From a bacterium (GTDB lineage Bacteria; Bacteroidota; Ignavibacteria; Palsa-1295), in the NCBI GenBank assembly GCA_037143335.1, contig JBAWZA010000011.1, positions 13,494 to 77,493 of the forward strand: a stretch of 64,000 bases of DNA. The letters run 5' to 3'. Position numbers and translations under genes: made by a program. Below the pieces are notes generated by a model that had not been told where the DNA came from, did not search any database, and saw nothing but the letters and a program-made list of their open reading frames with translations. Positions 57,002 through 64,000 of this stretch are shown in pieces (position 1 is the stretch's first letter; each line of letters begins with the position of its first letter).

Positions 57002-58591
57002 ATGTCAGAATATAAAGCACAACTCGAATCGCTCACGACTACGCATGGTATTGCGCATTCAAAAATCGAATTTAATCTTGGTGTTGAAGAACTCTATGCC
57101 GAAGCCCTCTCGCGTGGCGAAGGTACGCTTGCCTCCAACGGTGCGATGGTCGTCTCGACCGGAAAATTTACCGGACGCTCTCCGAAAGATAAGTTTATTG
57201 TCTCGCATCCTGAATCCGAAAAAAATGTATGGTGGGGGACTGTGAACAGAGGCATCTCACAAGAAAATTTTGATAAGCTCTACCAAAAAATGGTAGCGGC
57301 TATGAATGAGAAGCAACTCTACGTTGCCGATCTTTTTGCCGGCGCTGATACCGAATACCGTCTGCCGATCCGCGTCATTAATGAGTACGCATGGCATAAT
57401 CTTTTTTGCCATCAACTTTTCATTCGTCCGAATGCTGCGGAGCTTGCTGAGCATCGTCCGCAGTTCACCATCATTGATCTGCCGAGCGTGAAAGCTGATC
57501 CAGCAACTGATGGCACAAATAGCGAGACGTTCATCGTCTTGAATCTTGAAAAGGGTTTGATCCTCATCGGCGGGACAGAGTATGCTGGCGAGATGAAAAA
57601 ATCTATTTTCACAACATTAAATTATTTGCTCCCACTCAAGGGAGTAATGTCCATGCACTGCTCTGCAAACATCGGAGCGGCTGGCGATACCGCGCTCTTC
57701 TTCGGACTCTCCGGCACAGGCAAGACAACGCTATCGGCTGACGAGACACGTTCACTCATCGGAGATGACGAGCATGGTTGGTCGGATAAAGGAGTATTTA
57801 ATTTTGAAGGCGGATGCTACGCGAAATGCGTGAAGCTCTCGAAAGAACAAGAGCCTGAAATTTGGAATGCGATTAAGCATGGCTCGGTACTTGAGAACGT
57901 TGTGCTTGGTGCTGACGGTGTGCCCGATTACAACGATATTTCGAAAACAGAAAATACTCGCGCGGCGTATCCGATCCATAACATCCCGAATGCAGTCGAA
58001 CCAAGCGTCGGTGGACATCCGAAAAATATTGTGTTTCTCACTGCCGATGCATTCGGCGTATTACCTCCGATCTCGCGCTTAACAAAAGAGCAAGCGCTTT
58101 ATCATTTTATTTCGGGCTACACTGCAAAGCTTGCTGGCACTGAGCGCGGAGTAACTTCACCCGAGCCAAATTTTTCGACATGTTTTGGTGCGCCGTTCAT
58201 GGTGCATCATCCGAATGTCTATGCTGATTTGCTCGGCAAGAAAATTGATGAGCACGATGCAAAGTGTTGGTTAGTCAACACTGGCTGGACAGGCGGACCT
58301 TATGGAGTTGGTAAGCGCATGCACTTACCTTATACCCGAGCGATGGTGAACGCAGCGCTTGCGGGAAACTTGGATACAGTCGCAACGATCGAAGACCCGA
58401 TCTTCGGACTTCACATCCCAACAAGCGTGCCGAACGTCCCGAGCGAAGTGCTGAATCCCCTTGACACCTGGAGTGATAAGACCGCCTACGATACTCAAGC
58501 CAAAGACCTTGCGGCCAAGTTCAACGAGAACTTCAAGAAATATTCCGCCGGCACCGCCGAAGCGATATGCAATGCCGGACCGAAGGGTTAG
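57002..58591 (+). CDS. pckA: Phosphoenolpyruvate carboxykinase (ATP)
   Basis: 529 aa. The kinase-1a motif [11 protein letters not shown] and other PEPCK-ATP motifs are present ([27 protein letters not shown]). Confidence 0.9.
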   Translation: MSEYKAQLESLTTTHGIAHSKIEFNLGVEELYAEALSRGEGTLASNGAMVVSTGKFTGRSPKDKFIVSHPESEKNVWWGTVNRGISQENFDKLYQKMVAAMNEKQLYVADLFAGADTEYRLPIRVINEYAWHNLFCHQLFIRPNAAELAEHRPQFTIIDLPSVKADPATDGTNSETFIVLNLEKGLILIGGTEYAGEMKKSIFTTLNYLLPLKGVMSMHCSANIGAAGDTALFFGLSGTGKTTLSADETRSLIGDDEHGWSDKGVFNFEGGCYAKCVKLSKEQEPEIWNAIKHGSVLENVVLGADGVPDYNDISKTENTRAAYPIHNIPNAVEPSVGGHPKNIVFLTADAFGVLPPISRLTKEQALYHFISGYTAKLAGTERGVTSPEPNFSTCFGAPFMVHHPNVYADLLGKKIDEHDAKCWLVNTGWTGGPYGVGKRMHLPYTRAMVNAALAGNLDTVATIEDPIFGLHIPTSVPNVPSEVLNPLDTWSDKTAYDTQAKDLAAKFNENFKKYSAGTAEAICNAGPKG

Positions 58592-58625
58592 GGGGTGAAG
58601 AATCTTATTGTATAATTGAATCGAC

Positions 58626-59795
58626 ATGAATCGGTTTCTGATTTATTTTTTGCTAACATTCCTATTCTTCGGTTCGAAGTCGATAGCTCAAACCATTCGT
58701 GTCGATTCAGTTACTCTTGACGAATATCAGAATGCGCTGATTCTAAAAGGATCGCTCCCATTTGACTTTGCCGTATTAACGGTAAATGGCAAGAACCTAA
58801 AATTGATAAAAGGGGATACCTCAGAGGCAGTATTCTCATTACCCTCTGTTGGTCCTGGATCGTCAGGTCCAATTAGAATAATATTCTTGACTGACACTCT
58901 CGCTGGTTGGGAGATTAACGAATGGTATGCTCATGTACGGGGTCTTAAGAGGATTTTCCCACCGAGTTATATTAGTAGCCCTGCACCTCAGCCCCCACTC
59001 TCTTCATTCGAATGGAATTTGTTCTTCCGCATGGTTAAGGGAAACTTCGGGAAGCTCATCACACATTCTGCTATCCCCTCGGTAGAATCTACGTGTTCAT
59101 GGGATTGCAACCAAACCCAACCATGGCCTACACTAACGTCTGAAGCCCGATATATTGGGAATGGTGAATATCAGAGGATGGATACTTCAAAGCATTCGTC
59201 AACAGGATTCATTGTGTTTGCAAATGTTAATGAAGCTACTGATTCGATGATCCTCGAGTTTCCCCCACCCCTGGGAGCCAGATGCAAGTACGAATTATGG
59301 TATGAAGGTCATTCGCCTTGGTCAATATTGGCATCAGAGAGCTCCGATTTATCGGTTAAGTTACCGGTTCTTCATTTGCAAATCCATGACTTAAACCTCG
59401 TTCTCCCTGGGCACATTCTCTCAGATACTACAATTATGGAATGGCGAGAGTTGTTAGATACATATTGGGATTCCATACGCATTGTTCCGACACAGATTGA
59501 CACTTCAAGAGTGTTGATTAGTAAGTACACCCCTAGAGTTACTTTTTCAAATTTGAGCCCCAACCCGTTTAGCACAAAATCAACTTTCTATATTTCCCTC
59601 ACTTCGGAAGAATTCACCACATTAAAAATTTACAATCCACTCGGTATCGAAATATCTACTCTCGTTAGTCAACGATTGCCTGCTGGCGACCATCGAATAG
59701 AATTTGACGCCTCCAATCTCCCGTCCGGCATATATTATTACCGCTTGCAGATCGGCGGGCAGGTGGAGACAAAGCCGTTGGTTGTGGTGCGGTAG
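58626..59795 (+). CDS. Secreted hypothetical protein with T9SS C-terminal sorting domain
   Basis: 389 aa with a signal peptide. The C-terminus LSPNPFSTKSTFYISL...GIYYYRLQIGGQVETKPLVVVR matches a Por tail pattern. Confidence 0.55.
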   Translation: MNRFLIYFLLTFLFFGSKSIAQTIRVDSVTLDEYQNALILKGSLPFDFAVLTVNGKNLKLIKGDTSEAVFSLPSVGPGSSGPIRIIFLTDTLAGWEINEWYAHVRGLKRIFPPSYISSPAPQPPLSSFEWNLFFRMVKGNFGKLITHSAIPSVESTCSWDCNQTQPWPTLTSEARYIGNGEYQRMDTSKHSSTGFIVFANVNEATDSMILEFPPPLGARCKYELWYEGHSPWSILASESSDLSVKLPVLHLQIHDLNLVLPGHILSDTTIMEWRELLDTYWDSIRIVPTQIDTSRVLISKYTPRVTFSNLSPNPFSTKSTFYISLTSEEFTTLKIYNPLGIEISTLVSQRLPAGDHRIEFDASNLPSGIYYYRLQIGGQVETKPLVVVR

Positions 59796-59831
59796 AAAAA
59801 ATGGGAAGTATAAAAAACTCGCCGTGTGGCG

Positions 59832-59861
59832 AGTTTTTTTATGAAATTCATTTTATCAGGA
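59832..59861 (+). terminator. Rho-independent terminator (AACTCGCC-GTGT-GGCGAGTT + T7)
   Basis: Perfect 8 bp stem flanked by A6 on the 5' side and T7 on the 3' side, 36 nt after the stop at 59795. Confidence 0.8.
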
Positions 59862-59883
59862 ATTTAAAAAAGCAAACGGGCAC

Positions 59884-59917
59884 CGGAGTGCCCGTTCTAA
59901 TCATGCATCATCCTTCT
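59884..59917 (-). terminator. Rho-independent terminator for the minus-strand gene 59953..60351 (AACGGGCAC-CGGA-GTGCCCGTT, U tract on minus strand)
   Basis: 9 bp stem. On the minus strand it is followed by TTGCTTTTTTAAATT. Confidence 0.7.
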
Positions 59918-59952
59918 TCTGTATTTTTTGGAGTCCCAATATCTTTTGGTAC

Positions 59953-60351
59953 TTAGCGCATCGTTGCGCTGTTCTCTTGCTTCGGTGCTGAAGTCAGTGT
60001 TACGTTGAAATCCTTTTCAAGTTGCACTGTCTTTGCTGCCGCTGGAGTTTCGATAAGTTCGTCTTTCGTGACGATATCCTCTCCCTCCAAATGTACCCAA
60101 TACTTTTTGTTTGCTTGCAGTACTACTAAGTAGCTACCGCTTGCGCTATTCGATTTGCTGGAAGTGATCTCAACTGCTTTATCGCCAGCCGCGCGAACAC
60201 TTACTTTCACAGAATGCGCTTTGCCAGTTTGTTCGGAGCGAACGACTCCTTTAAGAACAACGACGGCTTTCGAAAACTGAGCTTTCGCTCCTGTCCCACC
60301 GATAGCGGTGAGCACTACTACGATAATGGCAACTAAGGCTTTATTTCTCAT
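59953..60351 (-). CDS. Small secreted hypothetical protein
   Basis: 132 aa with a signal peptide (VAIIVVVLTAIGGTGAKAQ). Flanked by a clean terminator. No recognisable domain. Confidence 0.5.
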   Translation of the reverse strand: MRNKALVAIIVVVLTAIGGTGAKAQFSKAVVVLKGVVRSEQTGKAHSVKVSVRAAGDKAVEITSSKSNSASGSYLVVLQANKKYWVHLEGEDIVTKDELIETPAAAKTVQLEKDFNVTLTSAPKQENSATMR

Positions 60352-60536
60352 CTTTGTCTACTATTTAGTTCGGTTAATTAGGCTTTACATACAAACATGT
60401 AAAAAATCGTGCCAAACTCACAGAACTCAGTAGAAAAGATGAAAAAAACTTGAAAAAGCTCTCAGTCCATCAATTCGGGTTAGCCTCTAATTGGGGAAAT
60501 TGTTAGAAGCAAACAGAAGAACAAGTTATCGTCGTA

Positions 60537-61442
60537 TTACTGCCTCTGAACGTCGCCAGTGAAGATGACGTGGTCTGCGTTGTTTTCTTCGGTGATAAAG
60601 AATCCAACAGGCATATTCTTCAGTCGTGATGGAAAGCCATAAATTGGTTCGTTCTTTTTAGAATCTATCCGGAACGAGCCTATGACTAGTGGTGAACGAC
60701 TGCCGATATTGGCCCAAAGCGTATATGCTTTGGAAGCATTCATCGGATGCGCAGAATTAACAACAAAATAGATCAGATTATGTTTCCGACTAAAGAATAA
60801 ATATTCTCTGTTTGCACCCGATGGCATACTCGCCAATGTCACAAGCCTCAAGTCGGGGTCATCGAAGAGTGTGTAGAATTGCTTATCACTTACTTTTGCG
60901 AGCGACTCTACGACTGGTTGAATGGAGTCAATGCTTGATTTCACATCAGGATCAAGAACGCTTCGAAGTGAATCAGTCTGGCGGAGCAATGCCTTCATCA
61001 AGCCATTCGAGCGATCGAGCTTCGCGGAGTTTGTGACATTGAGTGAAAGCAAATACGAAACGAGTAAGCCGCTGATTAGCAGTGTGTAGATCAAGCCACG
61101 CGTTCTTTTTTTCAAACGTCGCGCACTAATTTTTACTGCTTCGGAATCGTAGGCTTCTTTAGAGTCGGCGCGGTTATTCGGTTCTTTCTGAATGGTCTTC
61201 AGAATGTTCGCACGAAGATCAGGTGGCGGAAGAATCTGCGGAGCCGCAACAGCAAGCAACGTTGAGGCTTCGAGCATTTCTTCGAGTGACTTCGAGAGAA
61301 TAGGATTGCCTGACTCTACTAAACGCTCGAACTCGAGCAGATCACTTTCGTGATCGCCGATTGCGCCGAGAGCATAGACGGAAGCAAGCTCTTCAATGTG
61401 CTCGTTCGTCATCTCGCTCCGTATTTCGTTCTCTGCTTCCAT
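60537..61442 (-). CDS. Anti-sigma factor (single-pass membrane, RskA/anti-sigma-K-like N-terminal domain)
   Basis: 301 aa. The N-terminus EELASVYALGAIGDHESDLLEFERLVESGNP is a zinc-less anti-sigma domain. One TM segment is present (LIYTLLISGLLVSYLLSL). It lies immediately downstream of the ECF sigma gene. Confidence 0.6.
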   Translation of the reverse strand: MEAENEIRSEMTNEHIEELASVYALGAIGDHESDLLEFERLVESGNPILSKSLEEMLEASTLLAVAAPQILPPPDLRANILKTIQKEPNNRADSKEAYDSEAVKISARRLKKRTRGLIYTLLISGLLVSYLLSLNVTNSAKLDRSNGLMKALLRQTDSLRSVLDPDVKSSIDSIQPVVESLAKVSDKQFYTLFDDPDLRLVTLASMPSGANREYLFFSRKHNLIYFVVNSAHPMNASKAYTLWANIGSRSPLVIGSFRIDSKKNEPIYGFPSRLKNMPVGFFITEENNADHVIFTGDVQRQ

Positions 61443-61453
61443 TCGAAAAAAAA

Positions 61454-62044
61454 TTATCTCTCCAACATCTCTGCTAATTTCATCATGCCTTTGCGCATCC
61501 GCGTCTTGATCGTCCCCAGAGGCTCGCCAAGCATCTCGGCTATTTCTGATTGCGAGTATCCTTCGTAATAGGACAAATACAACGCCTTACGCTGTGCCTC
61601 GGGTATTTGCTCAAGTGCAGCCAATACATTTTTTCGTTCATCGTTTACGATTGCATCATGCTCCGGCGTTGAGTAATCAGTGGTCGCATCCGATGTAATC
61701 TCGCTAATATCTTGCTTCGCCTCAAGCGCCGATTTCTTGAAACGACGTGATCGGAGCGTATTAATACTTTTGTTGTGGGCTAATGTCACAAGCCAAGTGA
61801 TGAACTTCCCGCGTTCGTTATCGAATAGGTTAGCTTTATGCCAGACTTGTAAGAAAACATCCTGCTGTAATTCCCGTGCCTCATCCTCATTTCGGACGAT
61901 GCGGAGCGTCAATGAGTAGATAAGCTTGGCGTATTTGTCGTATAAGTCGGCAAGAGCACCTTGATCGCCCTGAGCGATTCGCCCAAGAAGATGAAGATCT
62001 TCGTCATTCGACTTTTCCTTTGCCACAATACGCATATTTATCAA
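61454..62044 (-). CDS. ECF (sigma-70 family, group IV) RNA polymerase sigma factor
   Basis: The region 2 motif DVFLQVWHKANLFD and the region 4 HTH motif YSQSEIAEMLGEPLGTIKTRMRKG are present. Confidence 0.8.
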   Translation of the reverse strand: MINMRIVAKEKSNDEDLHLLGRIAQGDQGALADLYDKYAKLIYSLTLRIVRNEDEARELQQDVFLQVWHKANLFDNERGKFITWLVTLAHNKSINTLRSRRFKKSALEAKQDISEITSDATTDYSTPEHDAIVNDERKNVLAALEQIPEAQRKALYLSYYEGYSQSEIAEMLGEPLGTIKTRMRKGMMKLAEMLER

Positions 62045-62184
62045 GATCGGATTTCACTACTTCTTTCCCGTGCCTGTAACGTCGCACGGAGTGAAAGTAT
62101 TTCGCCTGACCACAAAAAAAACCGGATTCAGGCTTTCGCCCGAACCCAGCTTCATCAGAATCAAGGTTCTAATTTAGAGAAAAA

Positions 62185-63108
62185 TTAGTTGCCAGAGTAT
62201 GCTAATCTCATGTCCTTCTTTTTGGAAGGGATTGCTGCATACGGTGAGTTGACGGTTGGGTTATATGTAACCTTCACATCAATATAACGGAAGCTCGTTG
62301 CACCACCAGTATCACCCCAAAGGAAATGACCACTTACGCCACCAAATGTTGTCTTTGCGGCTTGTGCCACAACTTCAATTCTAGCATAGTTATTGTCTTG
62401 CGTCTTGACTACAAGCACTAACGATGCTGAATCGCTATGTGTTGCGGTAATATCTGCAAAATTATTAGAGGCATTCACGATAGTGCTAAGATCGCCAGCA
62501 CCAAAAATCTGAGCTGATAAGCCGCCTCGGAAGTAAGCTGTTGGGGAAGTAAATCCGAAAGCAGAGTTTCTGGTATTGCCAGAAGCTATTCCGTCTTTTG
62601 CCGAAACAAGAGAAAGTTGGGGTAGCGCGATTGCAGGCTCGGTATGAAGGACTAAATCAATGTTCGCCTTTTCAGCACCTGAGATAGATGCAGAGTGAGG
62701 TCCGGAAGCACCGCTCAGCACTAGTCCGCTAGCATGAGTTGGGTCAAGATCAGCTGATTCATAAAGACGAATTGTAGCAGATCCTGTAACTGCTGCCCAA
62801 GAAATCGCGTCTGAAGCAGTCGAGTTGGTTACAACTGTGATCTGACTTGAATCACCACTTGCTCTTGTCCAGAAAACACGAACTGTTCCAGTGGCATAGG
62901 CACTAACACCAGCAATCTTTGTGCCAGCAGCGCCACCTGTGATGTTGAACTTGTACGTTTGCCCGACTGTCAAACCTGATACATCAGCGTATGTGTCAGT
63001 GAATGCTGTCCCTGTTCCAGGAGTATCCGTCTGGGTGCAACTTGAAAGGAGTGCTGCTGATACGATAAGTATCGCGCACAAAGAAAGAGAAAATCCGCGT
63101 AGTTTCAT
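62185..63108 (-). CDS. Hypothetical lipoprotein
   Basis: 307 aa; signal peptide with lipobox LLSSC. Ser/Thr/Gly/Ala-rich with no recognisable domain. Confidence 0.5.
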   Translation of the reverse strand: MKLRGFSLSLCAILIVSAALLSSCTQTDTPGTGTAFTDTYADVSGLTVGQTYKFNITGGAAGTKIAGVSAYATGTVRVFWTRASGDSSQITVVTNSTASDAISWAAVTGSATIRLYESADLDPTHASGLVLSGASGPHSASISGAEKANIDLVLHTEPAIALPQLSLVSAKDGIASGNTRNSAFGFTSPTAYFRGGLSAQIFGAGDLSTIVNASNNFADITATHSDSASLVLVVKTQDNNYARIEVVAQAAKTTFGGVSGHFLWGDTGGATSFRYIDVKVTYNPTVNSPYAAIPSKKKDMRLAYSGN

Positions 63109-63395
63109 TTGTATGTTTTAGGTTATTTTTGAAATTTTTTCTTAACTCTGCCAACCACAATGATAGACGTGGCAGGCGATTGACCACACTTTGCCTGAAG
63201 AGGTGTGAATTCAATTACAACCACAGAGAAAATATGGTTTGCTCTTAACTGTATTCATCAGAGGGTAAGTTCCGTGATTGTGGTTAGGGCAGATTTACAG
63301 GTTTGTACGCAATTTAAGGACAAAAGGATTCTTCCCAACTCTATCATTCGGGCTTTATTATTCTTCCGATTCTGTTAATGCCGTCTCATTACACG

Positions 63396-64000
63396 ATGAA
63401 AATCTTATCTATATTCAAAGGAGGCGGACTGAAGCCTCTGTGGCGATTCAAAACGATCTCGCCATCGGAAATCATCTGGAAGTTACTGATTTCTCCTGAA
63501 GGCATTCTTGCTGGCGAGGAAAGAGATACAGAATTAAAGACTGCCTCGCTCTTTGCCCTCGAAGTTATTTCAGGAAAAATTCTCTGGCGCGGTGCCAAGA
63601 TAGATGAAGTGTGGTGGTTCAATTCTGAACGCGCTACCCTGGAGAATATCTTCATCCAGAAATTCCGCAAGCCGGACATGCCTGAGCCGAAGGGAATTGT
63701 GGCAGTGGATATTTCCATAGGCAAACTCCGTTGGGAGCAACCCGATGTCTCCATGCTTTTTGAGTACGAGAAAAAAGTTTATGCCCAGCGTGAGGCGATG
63801 GGACGAAAAGAATTTTTTGCGATTGACTCAATAAGTGGCGAGGTGCTCGAGGCTTATGGATCGGAGAGAGAAAATATTCTTTCAATGCAATCAATGGTAG
63901 CTGACACGGATATTCACTCAGTCTTTTCCATTGCAATCACGCCCGAAGATGAGTTGTTCTCCGCGATTGGAAATGTATTGAATGATATTCTCTCCGTGGA
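63396..64000 (+). CDS. Hypothetical protein, 5' portion (open to the window end; absent from the supplied ORF track because it has no stop)
   Basis: ATG at 63396, then 201 codons without a stop (MKILSIFKGGGLKPLWRFKTISPSEIIWKLL...). Codon usage resembles neighbouring genes. Overlapping minus-strand ORFs 63389..63754 and 63652..63936 look spurious. Confidence 0.45.
   Translation, partial: MKILSIFKGGGLKPLWRFKTISPSEIIWKLLISPEGILAGEERDTELKTASLFALEVISGKILWRGAKIDEVWWFNSERATLENIFIQKFRKPDMPEPKGIVAVDISIGKLRWEQPDVSMLFEYEKKVYAQREAMGRKEFFAIDSISGEVLEAYGSERENILSMQSMVADTDIHSVFSIAITPEDELFSAIGNVLNDILSV

Noticed and set aside
63600-63640. tRNA-like T-arm sequence (GTGGTTCAATTCTGAACG)
   Set aside because: No acceptor stem, D-arm or anticodon arm can be built around it. 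It lies inside a coding frame. No tRNA genes were found anywhere in the window.

Overview
This 64 kb window is chromosomal bacterial DNA, dense with genes on both strands. The organism is probably from the Bacteroidota/Ignavibacteriota–Chlorobiota (FCB) group. The basis is that at least 11 encoded proteins end in a Por/T9SS-type C-terminal sorting domain and Shine-Dalgarno sequences are weak; the phylum call is inference.

Conserved housekeeping genes:
- rsmD-coaD-aminotransferase-heptose kinase, nadC, and a ksgA-PAP2-birA-coaX operon.
- Glycosylasparaginase, an SDR, proline dehydrogenase, a di-haem cytochrome c, dnaN-recF (no dnaA), amt, a fused 2-oxoacid dehydrogenase E1 alpha/beta, etfBA and acpS.
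- pckA and an ECF sigma/anti-sigma pair.

Surface-protein content:
- Interleaved with these is an accessory-like set of secreted/T9SS cargo genes: four Kelch beta-propellers, two delta-60-repeat proteins, a Tat-signal multicopper oxidase, a tail-fibre-like glycine-rich protein and two 1337-aa giant surface proteins.

Most notable observation:
- A two-gene cassette occurs twice as diverged paralogues. Each copy is a ~220 aa cysteine-rich secreted protein translationally coupled to a Kelch/T9SS protein with a conserved CHC motif.
- Each copy sits next to a simple-sequence repeat: a G11 tract in the intergenic promoter region of one, and a (GA)14 tract inside a small LuxR-type regulator immediately upstream of the other.
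- This suggests a phase-variable surface or secreted system with no function I can assign.

Repeats and structure:
- Three families of short palindromic intergenic repeats are present in several copies each, mostly between convergent gene ends. One has its hairpin loop overlapping the rsmD stop codon.
- No rRNA, tRNA, CRISPR or obvious transposase/integrase genes were seen.
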